Below, in pieces: positions 43,945 to 56,486 of a DNA stretch of 64,000 nt. How positions within the stretch are numbered: position 1 is the stretch's first letter; each line of letters starts with the position of its first letter. Under the pieces are notes generated by a model. That model made no database searches. It was not told where the DNA came from and was given only the letters and a program-made list of their open reading frames with translations. The stretch spans positions 868,001 to 932,000 of the forward strand of contig OZ287082.1 in the NCBI GenBank assembly GCA_965645245.1. The letters run 5' to 3'. The stretch is from Massalongia carnosa. Its lineage: Eukaryota. A program made the translations under genes and the position numbers.

Positions 43945-46438
43945 ATGTTTGGCATTGGAGAGGTGGGTGCGATCATCGGTATCGCCGATGTAGCGACTCG
44001 AGTATACCTTCAATTGGCGGGTATTCTGCAGGAAGTGAAAGATGCCGACGACACGATAAGCAGTCTGCGGAACAAAGCCAAAACGTTTCACGATATTTTG
44101 AAAGCGGTCGGCGCAGTAACGAGGAAGCGGACGAAAAATGTGAACATCAATCCGGTCAGCGACGACGAGGCTTGCATACTGTGGTGCCTGAAAGCTGCCG
44201 TGGCCCGCAGCGAGTCTACAGTAGCGAAATTCGAGCAGAAGCTGAAAGAGCTAGGGCGCGGAGATGCCGGAAAAAACTGGCTGAACTCGGCCAAGCTACA
44301 ATGGAAACTGAATGCTCGCGGTCCCGCCATAGCACGATTGGAATGCGACATACAAGCCAATATCACCGGGTTGCAGCTTTTGTTCACCTGCTTCTTGCCG
44401 TACGCTAATAAGCGCCTGTTTCGTTGGGAAAGGCTGACTCGATCATCTCAGATTCATGCACGAGAGGACCTTGACAGCGCTTCACATCGACAACAAGAGG
44501 ACCAAGGGGTACCTGAAGAAGATACGACATAAAATGGACGAACACGAACGCGCTTTTCAAACGTTGGCCCATCGGTCTCGTTCAGCCGAGGCCTCACCCC
44601 TTCGGCCGGAATGTCGGCATGAGACGTCAGACGTGGAGCAAGCAAAAGTCGGGCATGCTGGGGAAGACGATGACCTCAACTTGCAGGTGATGGAGAAGAC
44701 GCTGGGAGTGGCGCGTTCGCTGGTGGACACCATCTCCACAGGTGGAAGCGTGGCAGGGTGGACCAGCCGTGGCGCAAAGACGCGGATCGAAAGCAGACAT
44801 GGAGAGGTCCATGGAAGATTTCGCAGGGACGGTGGCGGGACAACGGATGGCGAGGTGCGTGGTGGTGAAGGACGATCGACCGATACCGCCTCAGACGAAC
44901 GTCAAACGGAGCCGACGGTGCGACACGCAACGAAACGTCGTTGGGTTAGCCCTGATGGTCAGAACATCGACGAGTCTTATTTCTACTCACAGGCTTCCAT
45001 GATGGACCCAGTGGAGCTGATGACGGAACTGTTGGATAAATACGTGTTGGAAGCGAGACAAGAGTTACTCGCTCGTCGTTTCGATCTGGCCAAATCGTAT
45101 CTGCTCAAAGCGACGAAGCAGGGAGAGGAGCGAAAGGCGGTATACAATTTTCCCTTTGATGAGAAGCTGGACATTGGAATCAGCCTCGCCGAAGCATACG
45201 TCGGGCTCGGGGAATTCGATCGTGCGGAGTGTACCCTTAAATCGCTGCGTCCTTTGGCAGCGGACCATCCGCGGAAACTGGGGGAGTTGCACTATTCCAT
45301 CTCGAATCTGCACCGGATCGAATACTGTCGAAGCAAAGACGCTGCACTATTGGATCGTCTAGAACACTCCGCGCAATACTCCTACCGATTTGCGCTGAAT
45401 TCCGACGACATTCCACAACCGTTTCTGATCGAATCGGCGGAGATACTGATTGACATGTTCAAGTGGAAGGGGGACGACGTCGCTGCTCGGACGTACCGCG
45501 CTCGACATCCGGCAACGTCATCGCTTTCCACCTCGACTGTCCTCGATGATTCGGCGTTGAAGTCGCAGGTGAGCTCCGCAGGCGGTGCCTCGCAGGAAGA
45601 GAGTCATTTCGTCGAGTCTGGATCCTCAACACGCATATCTTCGCCATTACGAGTGCCATCTTCGATGGAGGACCCATCGTGTACAGAACCCCCCGCCTCC
45701 TTACCGACTTCCGTTGGAACCATGTCTTCTCCGCCCGTTGCGTCCGCAAGCTTCCTTGCCCAAGTGCAAGACGGCGACGTTGCAATGACGTCGTCCTTGC
45801 TCGTGTTGGGGTGCCACATCGAGCAAATCGACGAGCAGAGCGGCCTCACTCCGTTGCTGATCGCCGCGAAAAACAAGAACGCGGAAATGTGTGTGTTGCT
45901 GCTAACGCACAAGGCCAATGTTCACGCGCAAGATCGAGACGGACGGACTGTTTTGCACATCGCTCTGCACGGCAGTGGCGGAGAAGACTTGATTCCGCTC
46001 CTGTTGGCGCATCACGCGGATCCAAACGTGGCGGACGGGAAATGTCGGACTCCTCTCCACTACTGTGTCGAATACAACAAGCCACGTGCCGCGCAGAGTT
46101 TACTAAGCACGCACGCGAAGAAGGAGGCACTCGATATGGCAGGGGAAACGGCCCTGCATCTAGCGATTCGGAGGAAGCGGACGGGTCTGTTTGAGATCCT
46201 GCTTAACGCCGGAGCAGTTTTCGATCGAAAAACCATGCCTCGCCCTTCCGATGACATTAATTATCTGATTGTTCAACACATGATGCGGCGGATGAACAAC
46301 GATGTCCAGTCCGTCATCAACAGGCAGGACTCGAACCTCACAACTCGTTCAAAACAATCGATTCAGACCGCGAGCTCGAAGCGCTCCCTTCGCCATCGAC
46401 TCAGCCCTCGACTGTTCAAATCGGCCTCATCCTGTTGA
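43945..46438 (+). CDS. HeLo-like/SesA-type N-terminal helical domain + TPR-like helices + ankyrin repeats, about 813 aa, one intron (44400-44451)
   Basis: N-terminus MFGIGEVGAIIGIADVATRVY..L..VKDADD.I..L; ankyrin repeats GLTPLLIAA, GRTVLHIAL, CRTPLHYC, GETALHLAI; intron GTACGC...GCTGAC...CAG restores the frame. Confidence 0.8.
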
Positions 46439-46868
46439 ACGGCCGGAGGTAACATGACGCGATCCTGCGCAGCGTCCCGTGCGCCATTGGGGGGTACAAA
46501 TCGTGAATGTCAGCGGGCCGTTTAGAAAATTGCAGCAGCACGATTCATATCATGTTCTATTCTCACGATGTGAAACGCGTGCTCTACAAGTTAAGCATCT
46601 ACGGCTTTCGGGTTGGGAACGAATGAAATTGAAAGACGGGGTGTTTATTTTCAGACCGCTTCAAGTATATAGATATTGCGAACCCATCCGGTTTCGCGAC
46701 ACTAGCAACTACATACACACTCGTGGAGAGAAATACGCGTCAATGGACGCTAATCATACACGATAACGGATTCTACGTTACGCACGATTCCCGCAACAAG
46801 GTTATTGACGCAAGGTTTCGTTCGGGTACGAACGGGAGAAACGCAGGAGTTGAACGGCGCGGCGCCGT

Positions 46869-49253
46869 TCAAGAGAGTACAGTATTATTATTGGATACGG
46901 TGACTGTAGAAGGCTCATCCGCCTCATGCAATGAATCGGTCGGGGGTTGGGTCTGTCTGTCCTTTGGGGGCCAAGATTGAAGCTCTTCCTGTTGTAGTTG
47001 CTGTCGATTCCAAATGTACAACGTTGGCAATCGATCATCACGCTGTCCGGGAATGCAGCGTTTGATAAACCACGGTAGAACATCCTTGACCTGATACTGG
47101 ATAAACTTTTTGGTGGGGACCCCAAAGATGTAATTCATCTCCTCCAACGTGGTCACGTGCACGCTTCCAGGAACTAACAACCACACTGAAAGCGCGGCCA
47201 TGGCATCGAGGCCGACGAACAAACCCAGCAGCCGTGTCGGGCCCAAGGCGTGGATCAGTTGTGGCACGGTCAAAGCTAACAGGCCTGCCAGCATGAAGTT
47301 GACGGAACAGCTGAGCGACATTCCAGCTTCTCGGTTGATGAGGGGGAAGACCTCGCTGGAATATAGAAAGGGAACCACGCCGGCTCCGGGGGAATATGCT
47401 GCCGTGTAGAGGATGACAAAAACCTCCAGGACTACGTGTTTGGCGGTTGGGTCTTGGAGCTTGAAGCTGAACGCAGCGGCAAGCAACAAGGGCACCATCG
47501 CCGTAAGTGACGCCAACAGCAAAAAGCGACGCCCTTTGGTATCGATAAACCAATACGCAACCGGAGAGAAGGCTGCGTTGGCGGCAGCAAATCCAAGGCT
47601 CAGCCATAGGCTTTCCATAGGCTTGGAGCTGCCATTGCTAAATATTGTGGTGGAGAGGAACGCGAAGATATTGATACCAGAGAGTTGCCTGTCACGATTG
47701 TCACTGTTGGCGCTTCTTGCAGAGCCATGAACCAAGACTGGTCGGTGTACACTTACTGAGACGCCATGACTGTACAGGCCGCCAGACCGGCCCTGCGATT
47801 TCTCGAAACTGTGACTAGCTGCAGCAAGCGTTTCCCGTAGCTGGAGCCTTGAGCCTCCCGATCGTACATGTGGTCGTCGCTCCAATCTTGAAGCTGCGTC
47901 TCGATATCTGGGTCCTTGGAGAAAAGAAGGGTTTCCACCCGCAGCTGCGCATAAATGTAGTAAAGATCTCCTGCATGAATTGTCAGCCTCGACGCATGTT
48001 CCGATCGCTGAATACACACGCGCAGCCTGAAGCGATGTTTCCCGCAACCCTCGAAGCACCTTGTATGCTTCGACGTATTTATTCTTCTTGGCGAGCCACC
48101 GTGGCGATCCGAGAGCAAGTCAGTAAAACGATGTAACACGATATCACATCAAGCAGTACATACTCGGAACACACAATCGTCAAACACAGTAGAGGTATTG
48201 CGGGAATGGCACAGCTGGCAAGTTGCAGTCTCCAGGCAACCTTCTGCCTCCAGCTGTCATCGGAGCCCGGAAACACCGGGACGTCCGATCCAGGTGGCGA
48301 GACATTTTGGGGACCATGAAACAAGATGTTTACTGCTGAGCCAAGGAAAATTCCCACCGCTGTAAACGTTTGCCAGGACACGAGGAGGCGACCACGAGTT
48401 TTTGGTGGGCAGACTTCGGATTCGAATATCGGCACCACCGAGGCTTTGGCTCCGCAACCGATTCCGAGGAAAAGACGGCAAACGAACAACGACTGCCAAC
48501 TGGACGTGAAGGCGGAGCCAATCGAGGCTGCGAATGTGAAAAGGCTTGCAACGAAAAGAGCACCTCGCCTTCCCCAAAAGTACTCGTTCAACGGATCACT
48601 CAACCAAGAGCCAATTAAACTCGCGGCGAAGTAAAAGATTGCGTTGACACCCCCGAAAATCCAAAAGTTGCTGATTGTGCCGGAATCGAGGTATTCGGTT
48701 TGCAAGCCAAAGGCGTATGGCCATTGTAAATTTGCCCCGGTGATGGAGGTTTGAGACCATCCTTGCACAATGGCTCCGATGCAGCAGGTCAGAAGAATCA
48801 TGTTGAGGGCCCTGGTTTGCTCCCTTAGCTTTGGGTTCGCCTCTTTCTCCAATGCCTCTCTCTCAATACGATTTAGTTCCCTAGACGCCTTGAAGAGGAC
48901 ATCATCTTGGGCGAGAAGCGCGCCCCGAACCAGCAACGTCTCATCGAGGACATTTTCTAGATTATATCGGGTATAGAAGGCTCGCACGTCCCTTCGGAGG
49001 TCGTCTTCGTCACGGTAAAGCAGAGGGTTATCGATACTAGCGGAACTCGAGTCAGCAGTACGGCGGGCTCCGGCGGGGCAGAGGCGTCGCACATTCCTAG
49101 ATCGTTTTTCTCCAACAACTTCTTGAAATGCCGTCCTTGCAGTTGACGGGGGGCCTGAAAATCACGCTGGTATTAGCATGGAATTGATGTGTGTCATCCT
49201 ATGCATACTCTCTGATGCACGGAAGCTGCGTTCCTTCCGTTGACTTGTTCCAT
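46869..49253 (-). CDS. MFS sugar/polyol (myo-inositol-like) transporter, multi-exon
   Basis: QGWSQT..GAN, GRRGALF, RLFLGIG.GAK, ES..P...RG.L..SWQ, ESPRWL, IDTKGRR.LLL, YSSEVFP..RE.GMS; start ATG at 49253 inferred from splice sites. Confidence 0.9.
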
Positions 49254-49955
49254 GATGGTGTGCGACTGAAACAACCCTTGATCGAACGACACGAGCGTTG
49301 GATTTAGCGGATGCAGATGTGACGTGAGAAGGATCGCAGGACTCCGATAACAAGCAGAGAACACAAAGATCTTCTTATGGGTTCAATTGTCTAGACAAAA
49401 AGAAATCAGGTTGAGCCTCCTTCACGAGACGAGGCTGAGGCTTGTATTGATCGCTAGCTTGAAGACGGCGACGTAATGCTCCGTATCAGCCTCACATTTC
49501 ATGTAATCATACGATGCGACTCGAAACATTCGATCGAATACGCGGCCAAGGCAGAATAAGATTTCGATACGACATATCGATAATCGCCTTCTTTTATAAG
49601 GCAAACCTGCCTGTATTATTGATTTTGCCCTCAGACGTGCTTGCACAGCGAACTTAGTAAGCAAAGCCTAACTATAAAAAGTTAGACTTGTAGGCCAAAT
49701 AAGTTAGCGCCGAGTTAACCGGAAAATGTTAATAAAGGCGAAGGCTGAGCCACAGCACGTCTGAGGTACTGAGGCAATTTATATAAACAAATCAAATATG
49801 TAAAACGTTTTTCTTGTATGAGAACAACAAAACTAACACGTTGCGCTGCAGCGGATATCTCAAATATACATGAGTACAAAATATTTGACGTCGATTTAAA
49901 AAAAGTGTTGAAATAGATATACGATTATGATTATGGAATTAATCGTGTTATATCA

Positions 49956-50226
49956 TGTTAAATATTCAACTCCTACAAGTTCAATGAATATAGCACCTAC
50001 GACTGCCCAAGATGGATAGAGCACCTACAGAAACCGTAGATGCCCTATTAGGCTTAGCCTATAGATTAAATAAGATCGGCTCAGATAATCTTATCACCTC
50101 GCTTAGCAGAGGGTGACAAGTTATGGGACAAAGACTGCTGAACAGCACTCTTCATCCTTAACATCGCGGTCATACATACTATTTTTATCGTAGCCATATA
50201 GCCATAGTCATATACCTATTTTAACA
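49956..50226 (+). mobile_element. Copia solo LTR
   Basis: TGTTAA...TTAACA; perfect TSD TATCA; homologous to the copia A and C LTRs. Confidence 0.9.
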
Positions 50227-50884
50227 TATCATCAGTAATCGTTTTTGCTTTTCATATTCAACAATTTAAAGTTTAAAACGGTTTAAAGATTAAATTAATC
50301 ATGTGTCACGATTCTACCTTTTGTCTTTAGAAGTTAAACCTAATAGAGCACCTACGGAAATCGTTAATCGTGCTAAACCACTTTCGGAATAGAAGCGCAT
50401 CCCTTAGTGCTTTGGGCTCTGTAACGGTTCGACCATGCGTGGTGCGGACGGCAGGACCTACAGCGAACATAGCAGGAGTACCACTTATAGTAGAATAGAG
50501 CTTGGTCTGCGGACTAAGTATTGTGCCTTTTGGTCGGGAAGGACAGGTGGCGCAATGGTAGAAATCTATTCACTATCTCGCTTCGTCACAAAAACAACTC
50601 CGATTATGAATGTTTCAACTTTTTTACGTAGGGAATGGACTACTCTACCAAAGATGTGAGAAAGGCTATTTGGTTCAGCTGTGAATATTTTTTTTCTCGG
50701 CCGCATTCTCCTCACTAGCCTTCTTCCGTCTAGCCTTTTCCTTACAGCGGTAAGTTACTCAGTACTGCTAGCCAGCAGGCGCAATAGATAAGGCCTAAGT
50801 AGGTACGATGACGTACCAGGCGCGGAGAACCTATATGTGGTGTGATAAAGCGGTAGTGTCTCCATAGGAGAACTATTATAGTAA

Positions 50885-51750
50885 CCGTGCGACCGAGGTA
50901 AATCCGAATACATTGATTGACCCTTTCAAAATGAGGCTATTCAAAATCAAAGGCTGACGTTCATCTATCTAGCTTTCGGCCTTTTTACACACCAAGCCAA
51001 ACCGTTTAGCTATCGCTTTTCCATAGAGAAATATTTTCTTTTGTCTAGCCGTCTCAGCACGCTTTTGACGACCCTTCCTCCCTTTCCACCTCTTCTTGGG
51101 TACGATGTAGGTGATTGTGCCTCACATCTCGAACGGTAACGATTCCTCCCTTCTGAACAACGGTGCCAGCAAGCTTTTTTCGGGCCCTTTTAGCTAATGC
51201 AGCTGTATGTGTGGCTTGCAAGTCGCGTTGCGTCAATTCTAGTAAATTAGCGTTTGCAACCGACCCTTTGATAAAACGTCTGCATTCTTTCTGGAGTAAT
51301 TTCTTCATTATTATTCATTCGCTGAATAATGTTTTTCCCTTCATTAGCAACGTCTTTGGGCTTTTTAGGGGTATGAGATAGGATTATTGTCTCCGAAGAT
51401 GATATTGGTAGTGGTGGTAATGCCGGATTTAAAGCACGAATTTTGGTCAAGACTACCTCCGGATTGTAAGGTATCAACCCAGTTTTTTCCCAGGCTGATT
51501 TGATAGTAGATGATTGGAATGCCTTTGTACGAAATTGATTGAATGCGGTCAGAAAATCCAGAAGATTGAAGTCAACGTCACCCAACCGAATGGCGTTGTC
51601 AACCGCTTCAGCATGATAATGTTTTATTGGCTGAAAAACACCAACGTCCAATAGCTGCGTTAAATGGGTTGAATGGGGGGGTAATCTGAATAAACAGATC
51701 TTATTTTCTTTCGAATATTCCCAAAATTCATAAGTTAGATGATATCCATA
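50885..51750 (-). pseudogene. Fot1/pogo transposase 3' fragment, cut by LINE copy 4
   Basis: GYHLTYEF...LPPHSTHLTQLLDVGVFQPIKHYH...IKSAWEKTGLIPYNP; left boundary approximate. Confidence 0.8.
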
Positions 51751-52957
51751 TGATGATGATGATGATGATGTATTCATACTCCGATATATCACCGGCCGTA
51801 GGCCGGCCCATGCGGGCAAAGCTATCTAAGTTATGTTACATGGAAACCCTTTTTCAGGTGTAAAACCCATATCCCTTGATACCTGTCCGATGTGACACCG
51901 GGTCGACGTCGGACAGGAGACGCAGAGCGAAAATCATGTGAGAACTGTGACGCCTCGTGAGATAAGAAGGAAAAGAAAGTGAAACTACTGTTAATTGTAC
52001 AATAGTGTAGATGCCAGTGAGAATTAGGTCAGTAGACCTGTTTTCATTAGCCAAGTAGTTAATAGCTTTAGAGTTTTTGATTTTTCGGTCAGCTGTTGAT
52101 AGTTGTTCGTGCCAGCGGCGCAAAACATCTGTTCTCTATTGTCAATAAGTCTACAGAACATAATTACGTGTTCTGGAGTTTGTCTGTGCCAGCCACATGG
52201 GCAGGCCGGTGAGGTGACAGCGGGGACCCGTCGCTGATAGAGGAAGTCAGCTAGACCGATCTTACCGGTGCGGATCTGTGTTGTCAGAGCGCTTTCTGCC
52301 TTGTTTAGCAGCGTGTGTATTTTCAGTCGTTTTTTGCTCAGTGGGACTGATTGCGCTATGGAGGGTTCGGTGACGCGATTTTGATATGCGCTCCACGAGT
52401 CGTTCCAGACTTTCAGCTGTCGTGCTTTAATTGTCTGCATTTGATTTTGACGAGCCAACGCTGCTACGGAGACTTCGCGGAGATGCGCTGGGGAGGGGTC
52501 GGACCATGGTGGGTGTGCTTTGGGTAGTTGAACGATTTTTGCGTCGATCAGTAGGTTTTTGGCCCAGGTGTGCTTCAGCTCTCCCGGAGTGGGTTTTTGA
52601 AGGCGTTTGCGACCTGCCTTGCCTTGAAGTTTGTTAACTATTTTGCTGCATGCGGAAGAAATGACCTTCGATTGACCTCCGGCTCGGAGTCGATGTCTGG
52701 CCTGCGCCTGTAGCGTGTCGAGGTATACATCTATGGGTGCTATGTATGTCTCTGCTTCAAGAACTGGAATGGGAGTGGCTTTTAAGGCACCGGCTATGGT
52801 GCGAAGGCAGTTATTTTGCATAACGGAGAGCTTGCTCGTTGACGTTTTTGACTTTTTTACTTCTTTGGGCATGTACCATACGGTTGACCCGTATGTCATG
52901 ACCGGACGCACTACGGCGCTGTAAACTTGCCTTGCTTTGGTGAAGGTGGCACCCCAG
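51751..52957 (-). mobile_element. Tad1-like LINE copy 4, 5'-truncated
   Basis: (CAT)n tail, conserved 3' hairpins, ORF2 C-terminus in 52024-52911 (QIRTGKIGL, CPCG..QTPEHV.MFC); no TSD found. Confidence 0.88.
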
Positions 52958-53421
52958 AAAACTTCTTATATATCAGCGAGAATAATCAATATGTACATAA
53001 TCAAAATCAATTGCGAATCTGTTGTATTTATCGATACTTTCTCGAAGATTTTCTCTTTAAATTTCAATGCAATCAACTGTATGTTTAATTTAAAAGAAAA
53101 TAAAATGAATTATATTTATTCACATTCGAATTCCTTATAATCGATTTTGAAAAATCGAACTTTCATTCAAATATAGATTAACTCAACTTGTTGCGCGATT
53201 CCTTTGTGAAATCCAGAACACGACAAATGAAAAATCTCAAAGTTATTCGTATGACATGAGAATACTATTTAAAAACTTGTCGTTGAGAACACGACACGAC
53301 ATGATAAAATTGACTTCTTCTTATCGTGTTTTTACATTCATCCCCTGCATCACGATCTTTGCGATTTGGGAACACGTTGTTTTAGCCCGAGGAGTCGTGG
53401 TGTTCCCGTTTCACATGACGA

Positions 53422-55091
53422 TCAATCCCATCGCCAGCGCTTCGGGCGAATATGTTCCAAGTCCCATGACCGGTCGGGCGAGAGGAGCGACGTGGTGCTG
53501 GCGTTGCCTTCGCTGGGCTGTTTGGCCGGCGAGGTCGATGCGGCGCGCGCTTTGCGGAGCTTCTTCCACTGCGCCATGGCCCGCACGGGCAGATCGAGCG
53601 TGGGTGGACCGTCGCCGCCTTCCACCGGCATTTGGTGCGCCAGCAGAATGCCCGCCCTGCGCATCGCCTCGACGGTGGGATGAATCTCCGCGCCTTCGGG
53701 AATCTGGCGCCCGGGTCATCACGTCAGCCACGCCCACGACGGGGGGGGGGGGGAGGGGACACGCGACGCAGGGAGAGTTACGTCGCGGAGGGAGCCCATG
53801 TTCGGCGGCCAGTACCGAGGGACCCATTTGCCCGACTCCAACTCCAAGCGCGTAAAAATCGGCAGGATTTCTGTCTCGGTGTCAGCGGCGACCCGACGCG
53901 GCTGGCGCCCCAGGACGATGGTTCGGTACCGATGATCCACCAACACATGGTGCCCACCCACGACGACCCGCCGCCGAGCTTGAGCATGTCGTGCGGCTTC
54001 ATGTAGAGCTTGCGCTTCTCGTGATTGCTCAAGGGCGACTGCCTCATCGACGTCTCCAGCTTCGCTTCCCGGCGCTCCAGCCGGTCCAGCGAGGCGGTGG
54101 CAAACGCGAGCCGGGTGTCGCCGTCGTCCAGATCCTGCAGCTCCTGCACCATCCACGCGAGTGGCGTGTCCGACAGTTGCCGATGCTGATCTGGCTGCTT
54201 CATCCACCCGCCTCCCACGTCGCCATGGTTGCCCGCGAACCAGACCTCCTTGATCCCGGACTGCGCGCCGATGTCGTCGTAGGCGAACAGGGCCGGCTTG
54301 AACTTGAGGCGCCGCTCGTGGATGGACACGGCGTGCCGAATGTGGGTGGCGGCGGGGGCGGCGATGTGCCGATAGCTCTTGCGAAACAGCGGGATCTCGA
54401 ACTGGCCGACGCTGTTGACGCAGTCGAACAGGCCGAGAAAATGAATCACCACGCCTGGGCGGCAGAAGGTGGCCTTGAAGTCGTTCATGTACTTGATCCG
54501 GGCTTCATCGCGCGGGGTGAGCGGGTCGCGCCCCCGGGCTTGCTGATACTCGCTGAAGGAGTTCCAGGCGAAGCGGACCATCTCCTCGTTCCCTTGCGAC
54601 AGCAGGCCAATGGACTGCACCATTTCGGCCAAGAACCGGGCGGTGTAGGCGCCGCGGGAGAAGCCGAAGATGTAGATGGCGTCGCCCGGGGAGAAGTAGC
54701 GCATGATGAACTGATATCCCCCGATCACGTGCGCCTCGAAGGAGCTCCCGACGGCTTGATCCATAGTGGCGGAGAGGCGTGCTTGGAACCGCTTGAACAG
54801 CCCTCCGGTGTTGGAGCTGCTGGAGGTGGGTTGATTTTGGGCATAGGTGCCAATGCCGGCTGGGCCACTGCAGTCAGTGTCACGGCACGCCGATGCTCAG
54901 CGGGAGGGCGGGAACGGACGTTGGTAATAGTGAAATTGCTCCGGGCGCGACCGGTCGAGCATTTGATACAGCTTCACGATGTTCGTGTCGGACGTGTCCC
55001 CGGAGAACTTGTTGCCCGTTCCGTCGAAGCAGAGCACCAGGCGTCGGGACGTCGTCGTCGTCGGATCACCGACATCATTGTCCATCGCCAT
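53422..55091 (-). CDS. DUF2235 alpha/beta-hydrolase (Tle1-like putative phospholipase), multi-exon
   Basis: [17 protein letters not shown], nucleophile [40 protein letters not shown]. Confidence 0.9.
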
Positions 55092-56486
55092 GACCCGGCA
55101 ATGGCACTCAAGATTGATGAAGAAGAGAAGGAAGCGGAGTGATGCGGCGACGACGAGGTGTTCACGACGGCGGTTTGTTCGGGACCGGGCACGAAGTGAA
55201 AACTCCTTCTATCGGCCGAGAGTGTACGGAGTCGAGAAGTAGGCCTCGCTACTCATGAGCAACGAACGGGGACACGTATCGTTCCGGCTCGTGTCATGTT
55301 CCTGGTACCGTGTTACGTGATTTCGTTGTTTCGTGACACAGCTGCGTATGTATCATGTATGACCATCGAGACGTTCGAACCTTGTCTTTCATGTACAGAA
55401 CATGAGGTATTGAAAGAATCGTCACGACGTCCGAAATGAAGAAGTGGGGATGATGTGCGCGTCACTGCGGGGTCTTTCGAAACCTGTCGTCGAATCAGAA
55501 GCTCGATTCGCGTATAGCTGCCTGGGAATCGATGCGTTGCGGAGAAAGTGGAGACGACATGATCCGTTCTGCGCGCAACACGAGCACAATGAGTACCGGG
55601 GTCGGTCCACTTGCGAGGATGCGAGGAGATGCGAGGAAGTACGAAGGATGTACGTACACATGAATCAGACACGGTCCATGTTGCAGGATGCGGCAGTGCC
55701 CACTCTCTAGCTGCAGGGTGGCTCCCGCTCATCAGCTCGCATCAGGAACGCCATCTTTGATCGGGCGAGGCGGAGACGGCCAGAACGGCGGACGATTGGC
55801 GATAGGAGAGGTGTCGAGTATCCCGTACATGTGCATGATCGTTGCATGCATGTTCAGGCGGCAACGAACAAGCCCCCGCCGTTCGTCGTGAAAGAAGAGA
55901 ACCCTATCTTGTGCGGCTCGATGCGCATCGAGACTCGATGGATGCACGTGCAACGTCTAGACTCATGTGTCGGGTGGGAGATGAACCCAATTCGGTCGAG
56001 TCAATATGGCGGTTCGTCTCTGCCAGCAGAGAATGGGCGTGCATGACTAGTTGAGACGTATCGCCTCGGATCCGACAAGCGAACCATGAACAGTGGGCAG
56101 CACCGTGGAGAGATGGGCAAGGGGGCACGAGGGCTCGAGTGTCGTGCTCGAAGCGGACCAGACCAAATCGTGGACACAAGCGATGTGCAGGGAGACACCG
56201 GCGGATGGCGGCTGACAGCTCCAGATGTGCATCGGTCCGAAACGTGAAGAGTTGATCACGGTTGCATCCACGACGCATGCGAGTTATCGGACTCAGAGCC
56301 ATCCGCAGCATTCCAAAAACGCGCATGGAGCACGACGGGCGAGATGTCACTGGGTCGATCGGGGCACTGGCCAGACGGGCCGCGATCACGAACGGCGGAC
56401 ATACATAACGACGATGCTCCCGTGGGAAGGAGTACAGTGACACTGCGCGAGGGACTCCACGACGGAAACCCCCGCAATCGTGGACC

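Noticed and set aside
44740..44900. Amyloid signalling motif in the Gly-rich linker of the HeLo-like protein
   Set aside because: Highly charged, with no N/Q/G pseudo-repeats of HET-s, PP or sigma type
50420..50880. Possible solo LTR starting TGTAAC
   Set aside because: No matching CA end, TSD or second copy found
53991..55142. 383-aa plus-strand ORF, and similar ORFs at 59214-60164 and 9502-10134
   Set aside because: Antisense shadows of well-supported genes, with no recognisable motifs
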